From positions 1-64,000 of the forward strand of contig CAXTIG010000012.1 in NCBI GenBank assembly GCA_964244295.1: DNA of 64,000 nucleotides, read 5' to 3'. The stretch is from an uncultured Cytophagales bacterium. Its GTDB lineage: Bacteria; Bacteroidota; Bacteroidia; Cytophagales; Spirosomataceae. Position numbers and translations under genes: made by a program. This document shows positions 45,806 through 55,914 of the stretch, one piece after another (the first letter of the stretch is position 1; each line of letters opens with the position of its first letter). The notes under the pieces were generated by a model. It made no database searches. It saw nothing but the letters and a program-made list of their open reading frames with translations, and was not told where the DNA came from.

Positions 45806-46241
45806 ATTTTGTCAGCATAATCGTGAATTCCTCGTCGTTGTCGTCCACGCCGTTGATGACCAGTTTGTTTTTGCCGCCCTTTGCCACTTTTTCGCCCTCG
45901 TGGATAAAATCCACCTCACCGTTTCCGGCCTCGCTGAGGATGATGCCCGTGGCCGAGCCGTCGAGGAAGGGCTGGTTGGTGGCGGTCGAGCGGATGTTGA
46001 ACTGCATCGTCACGCTGGTTTCCGACTGGCGCGTTACCGTTACGCCGCCCTTGAGCGATGTTTCGTCGGCAGGGTAGGTTTTGCCCCCGGTGGTCAGCGA
46101 CGCATACGTGTACTGGCCCGTCACGCGGCCCGCGAGGTCGGACAATTCGGGCTGCGGGTCGTTGTTTTGCTTGCAGGCCGTCAGCGTGGCGGCGGTCAGC
46201 AACACGAGCAGGCCCGGGCGGAGGAAGGAGAACGTTTTCAT
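45804..46241 (-). CDS. hypothetical lipoprotein
   Basis: 145 aa, lipobox LTAATLTACK. No recognised domain. Confidence 0.45.
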   Translation of the reverse strand: MKTFSFLRPGLLVLLTAATLTACKQNNDPQPELSDLAGRVTGQYTYASLTTGGKTYPADETSLKGGVTVTRQSETSVTMQFNIRSTATNQPFLDGSATGIILSEAGNGEVDFIHEGEKVAKGGKNKLVINGVDDNDEEFTIMLTK

Positions 46242-46513
46242 GGTGAAAAGAGAGAGTTGGGTTGAAAAAATGAGAGAGGGATTTTTCGGAACGTCCCGGT
46301 TGGTGAGGGCAAAGGTGGCGGGTCGGATGAACCGGGCCTCGTGCTTCCGTCTTCAACCCGCAAGAGGGGCGGGTGAGCTGTCAATTTTGGCGAATGAATG
46401 GGATTGAGCGAAGTCAATTCAGGAGCGACGGCGCGTTTGCGGGGTGGGTTTCGTAGTTTTGCGCATGGAAAAATTCCCCTCCTTGACAAAGGAGGGGAGT
46501 CGGACAAAAAATT

Positions 46514-47590
46514 ATGGTTCTTTCCCCCGAAACCCTCCTCCTGTTCGTCCAACGCGTCTTCGAGGCGATGGGCTGTCCGCCCGCTGATGCCGCCCTAGCC
46601 GCCGACGTGCTCGTGAGCGCTGACCTGCGCGGCGTCGATTCCCACGGCGTGGCCCGGCTTCCCGGCTACGTGAGGCTCCACGAACTCGGACGACTGAATC
46701 CCACGCCGAACCTGAAGATTTTGCACGAAACCCCCTCCACCGCCGTCCTCGACGGCGACGCGGGCCTGGGCCTGGTCGTGGCTCCGAAGGCGATGGCAAT
46801 CGCGATTGAAAAAGCGCAGACGGCGGGCACGGGCTGGGTAGCCGTGCAGAATTCCAACCACTTCGGCATTGCGGGCTACCACGCGCTGCTGGCGGTGGAA
46901 CGGGGCTGCCTCGGCTGGGCCATGACGCACGCCGGACCACTGGTGACGCCCACGTTTTCGAAAGAACGCCTCCTCGGTACCAACCCGGTGTGCATCGGTA
47001 TCCCGGCGGGCGAGGAGCCGCCCTTCCTGGCCGATTTTGCCACCACCACGGCGGCCTACGGCAAACTCGAAAACCTACAACGCAAAGGCCAACCCGCCCC
47101 CACCGGCTGGGTGCAGGATAAAGACGGCAACCCCACGACCGACTCCAACGCCGTGCGCCAGGGCGGGGCTTTGCTGCCCCTGGGCGGCGACCGCGAACAC
47201 GGTTCGCACAAGGGCTACGGCCTCGGCGCGGCGGTGGATATTCTGAGCGGGGTGCTGTCGGGCGCGAATTACGGCCCCTGGGTGCCGCCTTTCGCCACGG
47301 CGGGGTTCATGTCGGCCAGCGATGGCGTGGGGCGGGGTACCGGGCATTTTCTGGGGGCCATGCGGGTGGATGCCTTCCGCCCGGCGGCGGAATTCGGCCA
47401 GCACATGGATCAGTGGATTCGCCGGTTTCGTGCCGCCGAGGCCGTAGACGGCCAGCGGGTCCTGATTCCCGGTGATCCGGAGCGCGAAAGCGAAGCCCGG
47501 CTGCGGCGGGAAGGAATTCCGCTGCTGGAGGTAGTGGTGGAAGGGCTAAGAGAGGTGGGTAAAAAATTTAACGTCTCACTGTCATCCTGA
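46514..47590 (+). CDS. Ldh-family oxidoreductase (malate/L-lactate dehydrogenase family 2, Ldh_2)
   Basis: 358 aa. LRGVDSHGVARLPGYV, NSNHFGIAGY, GGDREHGSHKGYGL are typical Ldh_2 signatures. Confidence 0.8.
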   Translation: MVLSPETLLLFVQRVFEAMGCPPADAALAADVLVSADLRGVDSHGVARLPGYVRLHELGRLNPTPNLKILHETPSTAVLDGDAGLGLVVAPKAMAIAIEKAQTAGTGWVAVQNSNHFGIAGYHALLAVERGCLGWAMTHAGPLVTPTFSKERLLGTNPVCIGIPAGEEPPFLADFATTTAAYGKLENLQRKGQPAPTGWVQDKDGNPTTDSNAVRQGGALLPLGGDREHGSHKGYGLGAAVDILSGVLSGANYGPWVPPFATAGFMSASDGVGRGTGHFLGAMRVDAFRPAAEFGQHMDQWIRRFRAAEAVDGQRVLIPGDPERESEARLRREGIPLLEVVVEGLREVGKKFNVSLSS

Positions 47591-47733
47591 GCGCAGCCCG
47601 CAGTGGAACTGGAAGGATCTCGTTGGCTTACCGAAGAGTTGAATGGGGACCCAGCAGTGGGTATCACCAAACTGCTCGGCAGTCCAACGAGATCCTTCCA
47701 GTTCCACTGCGGGCTGCGCTCAGGATGACAGCG
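47577..47733. repeat. REP/MITE-like palindromic element, family A variant with 48-bp perfect arms, copy 4
   Basis: ctgtcatcctgagcgcagcccgcagtggaactggaaggatctcgttgg ... ccaacgagatccttccagttccactgcgggctgcgctcaggatgacag. The left arm supplies the TGA stop of the Ldh_2 gene. Confidence 0.8.
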
Positions 47734-47746
47734 GGTTTCATAAACT

Positions 47747-48790
47747 ATGTTTCAACGCAAAAACATCTGGAAAACCCTCATCATCGGGTTTTCGCTGCTG
47801 GCAGCTTCCTTTTCGCTGTACATCTGGCAGATTTTCCGGACACCCAACCTCAACACCGAGCGGGGTGCCCAGGATTTTTACCTGCTCATTCCCACCGGGG
47901 CCAGCTACGAACGGGTGCTGGATTCGCTCAACCGGAACAAAATCATCCGGGACCAGACCTCATTCCGGTTTTTGGCGAAGCTGATGAAGTACCCCCAACT
48001 GGTGAAGGCCGGGCGCTACCGCCTTCGCCCCGACATGGCAAATTACGACGCCATCAAACTGCTCCGCTCCGGCGACCAGAGTCCCGTGCGGCTCACCTTC
48101 AACAACATCCGCCTCAAAAGTGATCTGGTTCACAAAGTCGGCACCAAGTTCGAGTTCGACTCCCTGGCCTTCGCCCGCCAACTCGACGACCCCAAAGCCA
48201 CCGAATTTTATGGCTTCACGCCCAGCACGATCATGGCGATGTTTCTGCCCAACACCTACGAGGTGTTCTGGAACACGCCGATGCCGAAACTGCTGGGCCG
48301 GATGAAATCGGAGTACGACACGTTCTGGAATCCCGTGCGGCGCGAGAAGGCCAACCGGCTTAACCTCAGCCCCATCGAAGTGTCGGTGCTGGCCTCCATC
48401 GTGGAAGCCGAAACAAAAAGTCAGCTTGAAAAACCCCGCGTGGCGGGCGTGTACCTCAACCGCCTCCGGGCCAAAATGCCGCTCCAGGCCGACCCGACGG
48501 TGATCTACGCCCTCGGCGATTTTGGCATCAAGCGCCTCCTCCGGCGGCAAATGATGTACGACTCGCCCTACAACACCTACGTGCATACCGGCCTGCCCCC
48601 CGGCCCGATCAACCTCCCCGATCCGCGCTCGATCGACGCGGTACTCGACGCCGAATCGCACCAGTACCTTTACTTTTGCGCCAGCCCGGATCTGAACGGC
48701 ACCCATATTTTCGCCGAAGATTTCGACGACCACCTCAACAATGCGAGGCTCTACCAACAGGCGCTGGATCGGATGGGGATCAAAAAATAA
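47747..48790 (+). CDS. mltG: endolytic murein transglycosylase (YceG/MltG family)
   Basis: 347 aa. N-terminal TM, then VAGVYLNRLRAKMPLQADPTVIYALGD, DSPYNTYVHTGLPPGPINLP are typical MltG signatures. Confidence 0.85.
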   Translation: MFQRKNIWKTLIIGFSLLAASFSLYIWQIFRTPNLNTERGAQDFYLLIPTGASYERVLDSLNRNKIIRDQTSFRFLAKLMKYPQLVKAGRYRLRPDMANYDAIKLLRSGDQSPVRLTFNNIRLKSDLVHKVGTKFEFDSLAFARQLDDPKATEFYGFTPSTIMAMFLPNTYEVFWNTPMPKLLGRMKSEYDTFWNPVRREKANRLNLSPIEVSVLASIVEAETKSQLEKPRVAGVYLNRLRAKMPLQADPTVIYALGDFGIKRLLRRQMMYDSPYNTYVHTGLPPGPINLPDPRSIDAVLDAESHQYLYFCASPDLNGTHIFAEDFDDHLNNARLYQQALDRMGIKK

Positions 48791-48878
48791 TGGCGAATTT
48801 CTAATGTGCTAATTTCCAATGGACGAGTTGGTGATGCATTTTCATTGGAAATTCGCACATTAGAAATTCGCACATTAA
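48788..48878. repeat. palindromic element, family B, copy 2 (imperfect)
   Basis: taatggcgaatttctaatgtgctaatttccaatgg ... ccattggaaattcgcacattagaaattcgcacatta. Contains the mltG stop codon and ends 1 nt before the thioesterase start. Confidence 0.7.
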
Positions 48879-48879
48879 A

Positions 48880-49287
48880 ATGTTCTCTCACCAAACCACC
48901 TACCGCGTCCGCTACGCCGATACCGATCAAATGGGCTACGTGTACTACGGCAACTACGCCCGGTTGTTTGAAATCGGGCGGGTGGAGGCCCTGCGGAGCC
49001 TGGGCTTTACGTACCGCGAACTGGAGGCATCGGGGGTGTGGATGCCGGTTTATGAGCTGCACACCCGGTTTTACCAACCCGCCCGGTACGATGATTTGCT
49101 GACCATTGAAACGCGAATCGCGCAGCCACCCAGCGTCCGGATCGGGTTCGAGTACGAGGTGCGCAGCGAGGTCGGTGCCCGGCTTGCTACCGGGCAAACC
49201 ACGCTGGTGTTCGTGCGGGCGGCTACCCAGCGACCCATGCCCGCCCCGCCGGAATTAGGGAAAAAACTAAGCCCTTTTTTTACGTGA
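48880..49287 (+). CDS. acyl-CoA thioesterase (4HBT/YbgC family)
   Basis: 135 aa. YRVRYADTDQMGYVYYGNYARLFEIGRVEALR is the classic YbgC/FadM hot-dog signature. Confidence 0.8.
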   Translation: MFSHQTTYRVRYADTDQMGYVYYGNYARLFEIGRVEALRSLGFTYRELEASGVWMPVYELHTRFYQPARYDDLLTIETRIAQPPSVRIGFEYEVRSEVGARLATGQTTLVFVRAATQRPMPAPPELGKKLSPFFT

Positions 49288-50216
49288 AACCCTTCCGCGA
49301 ACGCCGCCTCGTCGTGCGATTTAAAAATGTGCTCAAAGCCTGGCACCTGCAAGATGGGGCGGTGACGGTGTACACGGTGCTGAAAATTCTGCTGGACAAA
49401 CTCGTTCGCTTCGACATCGACCAGCGGGCGGCGTCGGTGGCGTACAACTTTACGCTGGCCATTTTTCCGGCCATCATTTTTCTGTTCACGCTCATTCCCT
49501 ACGTGCCCATCCGCAACTTCGACGTGCAGATTATGCATTTTCTGGAAGAAGCCATTCCGGGCGGAATTTTTGAAGAAGCCGAAGCGACGATTCAGGACAT
49601 CGTAAGCCGCCGAAACTCCAACGTGCTCTCGATTGGTTTTTTGCTCACGGTTTACGCCTCCACGAGCGGCATGATGGCCCTGATGCGGGCGTTTAACATG
49701 ACCGACCACATCACCGAGCAGCGGAGTTGGCTCAAGGCGCGGTTGGTGGGGTTGGCGCTCACCTTCGTGTTGGTGTTTATTTTGTTTATCGCCATTGCGG
49801 TACTCATCGTTGGGCGAATTGTGACCGATACCTTGTTCTCGTTTTCACCCGACATCACGTACTTCACCATCCAGGGTTTGGGTTATTTTACCGTGTTCCT
49901 GGTGTTTTTCGTCGCGGTTTCCCTCATCTACCAGTGGGGACCGTCGCTGCCGCACCGCTGGCGGTTTGTCAACGTTGGGTCGGTGGTGGCTTCGGTGCTG
50001 CTGATTTTGGTGACCAATGGCTTTTCGTACTACCTCTCCAATTTTGCCTCCTACAACCGCCTCTACGGGGCCGTGGGTACGCTCATCGCGCTGATGGTAT
50101 GGCTGTACCTGGTTTCGATGATTCTGATTCTGGGTTTTGAAATCAACGCCAGCCTCGAAGCGGCGGCTCACCAAAACCAGGGAAGGAGCGGGGAAGAAGT
50201 CGTGGGCGGGGCCTGA
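49284..50216 (+). CDS. YihY/BrkB family membrane protein
   Basis: 310 aa. RAASVAYNFTLAIFPAIIFL and about six TM helices, typical of the YihY family. Confidence 0.75.
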   Translation: MKPFRERRLVVRFKNVLKAWHLQDGAVTVYTVLKILLDKLVRFDIDQRAASVAYNFTLAIFPAIIFLFTLIPYVPIRNFDVQIMHFLEEAIPGGIFEEAEATIQDIVSRRNSNVLSIGFLLTVYASTSGMMALMRAFNMTDHITEQRSWLKARLVGLALTFVLVFILFIAIAVLIVGRIVTDTLFSFSPDITYFTIQGLGYFTVFLVFFVAVSLIYQWGPSLPHRWRFVNVGSVVASVLLILVTNGFSYYLSNFASYNRLYGAVGTLIALMVWLYLVSMILILGFEINASLEAAAHQNQGRSGEEVVGGA

Positions 50217-50221
50217 AAAAA

Positions 50222-50256
50222 ACTACCGCGCCCCAGTGGAGCGCGGTAGTTCAAGT
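50222..50256 (+). terminator. hairpin terminator after yihY-like gene
   Basis: ctaccgcgc cccagtgga gcgcggtag stem-loop. Confidence 0.5.
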
Positions 50257-50469
50257 AACCCTAACCCATAAAAATCAATATCGCTTGACTCAGTAAGAAG
50301 ATGAAAAATCAAACGTTGACTTCAAAAAGACTAACGAAAAACGTGCCAGCATGGTTGGCTGGGTCTTTTAATTTAACGTTTGTTAACAGGGAGCGAATCG
50401 GTTACAAACGTGCCTGGCGATACCTTTTGGAGGTTTTAATCCGTCAAGCGTTTAATTCAAAATGGAACA

Positions 50470-51435
50470 GTGAACGCTTCAGCTCCGCTCGTCTCGGTCA
50501 TCTGCCTGTGCCACAACCAGGCCCGGTTCGTCCGACGGGCGCTCGATTCGGTGCTGGCCCAGACCTACCCGTCGGTTGAAGTATTCGTTATCGACGATGC
50601 CAGCACCGATGGCAGCCCGAAGGTGATTCAAACGTTTTTGGTGGAAAACCCAACGGTCAAGGGCTTCTTTTTTGCCGAAAATCGAGGCAATTGCCGGGCC
50701 TTCAACCACGCATTTCGACACGCTCAGGGAGAATTTATCCTCGATCTCGCCGCCGACGATGTGCTGCTGCCCGAACGCATCGCCCGGCAGGTGGCGGGGT
50801 TCCAAACCGCTGGCGAAGAGGTCGGCGTGCTGTTTCACAATGCCCGGTTGATCGACGAAAACGGTGCCCCCCTCGGCCTGTATTTCCCAATTGACGAACG
50901 CGGAAGCAGCCGGGTTCGCGTACCCGAAGGCGATTTGTTCGCCGCATTGCTCCGCCATCGCCCCGTCTGCTCACCGACCATGCTCACCCGCCGGGCCGTG
51001 TTAGACGAACTAAGCGGGTACGACGAAACCCTGGCCTACGAAGATTTCGATTTCTGGGTGCGTTCCTCCCGAACCTGGCTTTACGCTTACCAGGATGAGA
51101 TTTTGACCGAAAAACGCATCCGGCCCGGCTCGCTCGGCGGGCGCTTGTACCAGTTCCGCAACGACCTGCTGCCCGCCGCCCTGCGGGTCTGTCAGAAAGC
51201 CGCCGTCTTGGTTCGCACGCCCGACGAACGGGCATCGCTGGATTTTCGGCTGCGGTATTTTCTGCGGCAATCCTGGTACGCCGGCCATTTCGAGCTGGCG
51301 GAGCAATTCGCTCACCTCCTCGAAAAACCCGATCGGCCCACCCGCCTCGTCTTGCTCGCCTGTCGCTGGCGGGTGCCGGTACACGGCGCGTACGCTCGCT
51401 ACCGGCGCTGGCAATCCTTCCGGCGGGGCTGGTAA
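50470..51435 (+). CDS. family 2 glycosyltransferase
   Basis: 321 aa. VSVICLCHNQARFVRRALDSVLAQTY...VFVIDDASTDGS and DLAADD are GT2 signatures. Confidence 0.8.
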   Translation: MNASAPLVSVICLCHNQARFVRRALDSVLAQTYPSVEVFVIDDASTDGSPKVIQTFLVENPTVKGFFFAENRGNCRAFNHAFRHAQGEFILDLAADDVLLPERIARQVAGFQTAGEEVGVLFHNARLIDENGAPLGLYFPIDERGSSRVRVPEGDLFAALLRHRPVCSPTMLTRRAVLDELSGYDETLAYEDFDFWVRSSRTWLYAYQDEILTEKRIRPGSLGGRLYQFRNDLLPAALRVCQKAAVLVRTPDERASLDFRLRYFLRQSWYAGHFELAEQFAHLLEKPDRPTRLVLLACRWRVPVHGAYARYRRWQSFRRGW

Positions 51436-51437
51436 GC

Positions 51438-52112
51438 TTACCTTTTTGAGGAGCCACGTACAATCAATTCCGTTTTCAGGATATCCGTCCGGGTCGCAAA
51501 CGCATCGCCCGCCGCCAGTTGTTCCAGCATCAGCCGCGCTGCCCATGTCGGGCGGTAGCCCTGTCCGATGAGATGCTCCACGGCCCCGAACGCGCCTTCG
51601 TAATCGTCCACAACCACGCGGGCGGTGTCGAGTTCGGGGCAAATCCGGTTGAAAAATACGAGCAGCCCCCCCCGCCGCTCCAGCGCCCGGAAGTGATCGA
51701 CGTTGTTGGTCTGAGTCGTCAGCGACACCAGCAGGCCGTCCACCCGGCTCGCCATCAAGGCTTTCACGTTCGCCACCTCCGTTTCGTACGATTCCGCCGA
51801 CTGGCAAATCATCAAATTGTACCCCGCCCGTTGCAGCACTTCCTGCGCCCCGACGATCACGTTCGGGAAAAAGTAGTGGTAAAACTCCGGCACGATCATC
51901 CCAATCACGTTGCTGCGGCTTTTCACCAACCCGTAGGCCATCAGGTTGGGCTGGTAGTCGAGGCTTTGGGCCAGGTCGAGCACGGCCTTGCGGGTGCCGG
52001 GGTGAATGTCGGGTTGGTCGCGGAGGGCGCGGGAAACGGTGGATTTTGAAATGCCCAGGTCACGGGCCAAATCTACGATGGTGGTCTGGTGGCGTTGCCC
52101 GCCGCGACTCAC
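51438..52112 (-). pseudogene. LacI-family transcriptional regulator, apparently truncated by an internal in-frame deletion (about 224 aa)
   Basis: N-terminal HTH (TIVDLARDLGISKSTVSRALR) and first sugar-binding subdomain are present. The sequence jumps from HLIGQGYRP directly to a LacI-like C-terminal tail (ELIVRGSS). GTG start inferred. Confidence 0.45.
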
Positions 52113-53258
52113 CGCCGGGGGCTGGGGCAGGGTGAAATGCACCGTGCATCTTTTGCAGAAAAACCGCTGCCGACCCCGGATGATTCCGGCTTTGGTGACG
52201 GTTTCGGACTGCTGTTTGCCCACACGGGCCGCAACCTCAAATCGTTTTTTGCGGGCGGTGAGGCGGTACCCTGGTTCATCGGCGGGTTGTCGCTGTTCAT
52301 GTCGTTTTTTTCGGCGGGCACTTTCGTGGCCTGGGGCAGCATCGCCTACCAGCACGGCTGGGTGGCCGTGACCATTCAGTGGACGATGTGCATCGGTGCG
52401 CTCGTAACGGGCTTTTTTCTGGCCCCGCGCTGGAAAGCCACCGGCAACCTCACCGCCGCCGAGTTCATCCGCGATCGGCTCGGCGAGCGCGTGCAGAAGC
52501 TGTTTATTTTCATTTTCACGCTCGTTTCGGTCTTCATCAAAGGCTCCGTGCTGTACCCGGTGGCGAAACTGGTGAGTGTATCGCTGGGCTTTCCGCTCAC
52601 CGAATTCACCATCGTGCTGGGCCTGTTCATGATTTCGTACACCGCCATCGGCGGACTGTGGGCGGTGATGGTGACGGACATCCTGCAATTCGTCATTCTG
52701 ACGGCGGCGGTGGCGATTTTGCTGCCGCTCGCGCTGGGCAAAACGGGGGCGGGGCAGAACCTGGCGCTGAAAATCGAGCCGGGACTCGCCTGTTTTTCAC
52801 CGAAACTAATCCGCAACGGCGTGCAGCGCCCCACCCACCAGCCCAACGCCTGGGCAGCCGCCCCGCAGGACGCCGCTCCGCGCCTGACGCTGGAATGGCC
52901 CGAACCCCAGCGGATTTCCCGTGTAGAACTCAGCTTCGACACCGATTTCGACCATCCGATGGAGACCGTGCTGATGCAGCACCCAGCGGCCGAAATGCCG
53001 TTTTGCGTTCGGCACTCCCGCGTGCGCGACGAAGCCGGGAATTTGCTTTTTGAAGAAACCGCCAACCACCAGACCCGGCGGACGATTCGGTTTGCCGCGC
53101 CGGTCACGACCCGGAAATTAGCACCCCAGCGCCGACATTCCGGCGGCGCTGATGGAGTTGCGGTGCTACGAAGCCTGACGCGGGCGGCAGCCGGGCGTTT
53201 GAAATCGGGGCGTTGGTGGGTAGAATTTTGGGAGAGCGGGCTTAACGGGGAAGTCTAA
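52089..53258 (+). pseudogene. remnant of a sodium:solute symporter (SSF) gene fused to unrelated sequence
   Basis: Residues NLKSFFAGGEAVPWFIGGLSLFMSFFSAGTFVAWGSIAY...VILTAAVAILLPLAL (about 190 aa) match the SSF N-terminal half (TM2-6). TM1 is not in frame. After LPLALGKTG the ORF becomes hydrophilic and non-transporter-like. Confidence 0.5.
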
Positions 53259-53275
53259 AACGTTCAATTTATCCC

Positions 53276-55168
53276 ATGAAAACAGCCGCGCTTTTCTTGC
53301 TTCTGGTGCTACCCGTGTCGGGAATGGGTCAGCCTACTGCCGCTGGTGGAGCGAAACCGGACTGGGCCACCGTGAAACTGCCGGATCACCCCCGTATTTT
53401 GCTGCTGAATGGCGAAGAAAAGGCCATCCGGCAAACCACCGACCGGGATGAAACCTGGCGCAGCGTCCACCAGATTATTCTGACGGAAAGTGATGCGTTG
53501 CTCAACGCCGCTCCCCTCGAACGCATCCAGATTGGCAGGCGCCTGCTCGACAAATCGCGGGAATGCCTACGCCGGGTATTTTTTCTGTCCTACGCCTGGA
53601 GGCTGACCCACCAGGAAAAATACCGGGCGAGGGCCGAAAAAGAATTGCTGGCGGTAGCCGCTTTCAGCGATTGGAACCCCGCTCATTTTCTCGACGTGGC
53701 CGAAATGACGATGGCCGTGGCTATTGGCTACGATTGGCTCTACCCGAGTTTGTCGGAGGCCTCGCGCAGGGCGATTAAAACAGCCATTCTGAAAAAAGGA
53801 CTGGATCCGTCGCTCGACCCGAAGTACAACGGCTGGCTGAGGTCGTCAAACAACTGGAATCAGGTTTGCAACGCCGGGATGACCTACGGGGCGCTGGCGA
53901 TTTACGAAGACCATCCCGCTTTTGCCCAGCTACTCATCGACCGGGCCATTGAAACGGTGGTGGTGTCGATGCACGATTACGCTCCCGACGGCGCGTATCC
54001 CGAAGGCTACGGCTATTGGGGCTACGGCACCAGCTTCAACGTACTGTTGAACAGTGCCCTCGAAAAAGCGTTTGGTACCGATTTTGGTCTGAATGCCCAG
54101 CCTGGTTTTCTGAAAACGGCCGGTTACCTCGCCAACATGACGGGGCCATCGGGCACTTCCTTCAACTACTCCGATGCCGGGACGGGCGGCGAATTACAAC
54201 CCGCCATGTTCTGGTTTGCGCAGAAACAAAAAGACCCCTCCCTGTTGTGGGTGGAAAAAAGCCGATTACTCAACAACGGAGCCAGTAAGTCCGTGAAAAA
54301 CCGCCTTCTGCCCGCTCTGATGCTTTGGAACGGCGGAGTTTCAATGAGTAGTATTTCCGAATCCAAGGCCAAACTTTGGCAGGGCGACGGCAAAAATCCG
54401 GTGGCGTTGATGCGCTCGTCCTGGTCCGACCCGGCGGCCCTTTTTGTGGGCATGAAGGGCGGATCGCCCTCCGTCAATCACGCCCACATGGATGTCGGCT
54501 CGTTTGTGATGGAGGCCGACGGGGTGCGCTGGGCCATGGATTTCGGGATGCAGAGCTACGAGTCGCTGGAATCGAAGGGTGTCAAACTCTGGGACAAGGG
54601 CCAGGACTCCCAGCGTTGGCAGGTGTTTCGGTACGGCAATCAGGTTCACAACACGCTGACGGTCAACGGTTCGCTTCAGCACGTGGAAGGCCACGCCCCG
54701 CTGACGAGCCACTCCACCAACGTGTCGATGATGAACGCCACCACTGATTTGAGTGCACTGTACAAAGGCGAACTGATGAAAGCGGTCCGGGGCATCGGAA
54801 TCGTGAATGGGGCCTACGTCCTGGTTCGGGATGAACTCGAAAGCCCCGCCAAAGAAACCAACGTGCGCTGGACGCTCCTGACGCCCGCCTCGGTTAACCT
54901 AACGGGACCCAACACGGCGGAACTGACGAAGGACGGCAAAAAACTGCTGCTCCAGGTGAAGGAACCGGCCAGCGTGACGATGAAAACCTGGAGTACCGAG
55001 CCGACCCACGACTACGACGCGCCCAACCCCGGTACGACGCTGGTAGGGTTTGAAGTAAAAATTCCAGCAAATTCTAAAGCCGCGCTTTCGGTGTTGCTGG
55101 TGCCTTCGGGTGCCGCCGGAAAAGCGGCTACGGCGACAGTTGAGCCGCTCGCGAACTGGCCGCGCTGA
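53276..55168 (+). CDS. heparinase II/III family protein (polysaccharide lyase-like), secreted
   Basis: 630 aa, signal peptide. YDWLYP, NWNQVCNAGM, VNHAHMDVGSFVMEADGVRWAMDFG, HNTLTVNG are typical of heparinase II/III-like proteins. Confidence 0.75.
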   Translation: MKTAALFLLLVLPVSGMGQPTAAGGAKPDWATVKLPDHPRILLLNGEEKAIRQTTDRDETWRSVHQIILTESDALLNAAPLERIQIGRRLLDKSRECLRRVFFLSYAWRLTHQEKYRARAEKELLAVAAFSDWNPAHFLDVAEMTMAVAIGYDWLYPSLSEASRRAIKTAILKKGLDPSLDPKYNGWLRSSNNWNQVCNAGMTYGALAIYEDHPAFAQLLIDRAIETVVVSMHDYAPDGAYPEGYGYWGYGTSFNVLLNSALEKAFGTDFGLNAQPGFLKTAGYLANMTGPSGTSFNYSDAGTGGELQPAMFWFAQKQKDPSLLWVEKSRLLNNGASKSVKNRLLPALMLWNGGVSMSSISESKAKLWQGDGKNPVALMRSSWSDPAALFVGMKGGSPSVNHAHMDVGSFVMEADGVRWAMDFGMQSYESLESKGVKLWDKGQDSQRWQVFRYGNQVHNTLTVNGSLQHVEGHAPLTSHSTNVSMMNATTDLSALYKGELMKAVRGIGIVNGAYVLVRDELESPAKETNVRWTLLTPASVNLTGPNTAELTKDGKKLLLQVKEPASVTMKTWSTEPTHDYDAPNPGTTLVGFEVKIPANSKAALSVLLVPSGAAGKAATATVEPLANWPR

Positions 55169-55169
55169 G

Positions 55170-55250
55170 TCGTCCGACGAGTCGGACGACTCGTCGGGAT
55201 TTATAATCCCGACGCGCAGAGCGGCGGATTTATAATCCGCGACATCGTAG
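55170..55250 (+). terminator. cluster of three consecutive hairpins after the heparinase gene
   Basis: gtcgtccgac ga gtcggacgac; cgtcggga tttataa tcccgacg; gcgga tttataa tccgc. Confidence 0.5.
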
Positions 55251-55275
55251 CTTGCCGCAAATTGAAGCAACAACG

Positions 55276-55899
55276 ATGGCTGAATTCATAAAACTTTATC
55301 CTCAGAACCCCGACCTCCGTCGCATCCGGTACGTAGCCGAGGTGCTGCGCAACGGCGGACTGGTCATATACCCCACCGATACCGTGTACGGGCTAGGCTG
55401 CGACATCCACAACGCCCGCGCCGTGGAACGCGTAGCGCGGGTGAAGGGCCTGCGGCCCCAGAAAGCCGATTTTTCGTTCATCTGCTACGATCTGAGCCAC
55501 ATTTCCGATTACGCGAAGGTGTCGAACGTAGCCTTTAAACTGATGAAAAAGGCCCTGCCTGGTCCGTTTACCTTCGTGCTCGACGTGAGTGGGAAAGTGC
55601 CTAAACTGCTCCACTCCAACCGGAAAACCGTCGGCATCCGGGTGCCCGACAACGATATCCCGCGCCACCTCGTCCAGGAACTCGGCAACCCCATCATCAC
55701 CACTTCCATTCGCGACGAAGACGACGTGGTGGAATACTCGACGGACCCGGAATTGATTTTCGAGAAATACCAGCACCTCGTCGACGTGGTCATCGACGGT
55801 GGCTACGGCCAGAATATTCCTTCGACCATCGTGGACGCGACGACCGATGAGTTTGAGATTATCCGGCAAGGATTGGGAGAGTTGCAGGCGTTTTTGTAA
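55276..55899 (+). CDS. tsaC: L-threonylcarbamoyladenylate synthase (TsaC/YrdC/Sua5 family)
   Basis: IYPTDTVYGLGCD, KGRPQ-like RPQKADFSFI, GPFTFVL, TTSIRDE are typical YrdC signatures. Confidence 0.85.
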   Translation: MAEFIKLYPQNPDLRRIRYVAEVLRNGGLVIYPTDTVYGLGCDIHNARAVERVARVKGLRPQKADFSFICYDLSHISDYAKVSNVAFKLMKKALPGPFTFVLDVSGKVPKLLHSNRKTVGIRVPDNDIPRHLVQELGNPIITTSIRDEDDVVEYSTDPELIFEKYQHLVDVVIDGGYGQNIPSTIVDATTDEFEIIRQGLGELQAFL

Positions 55900-55914
55900 A
55901 CGTTACGTTGCTGA

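Noticed and set aside
52113-52688. Upstream extension of the LacI ORF (51438..52688)
   Set aside because: Extension overlaps the symporter remnant on the opposite strand and has no LacI-like sequence. The LacI HTH begins near 52112.
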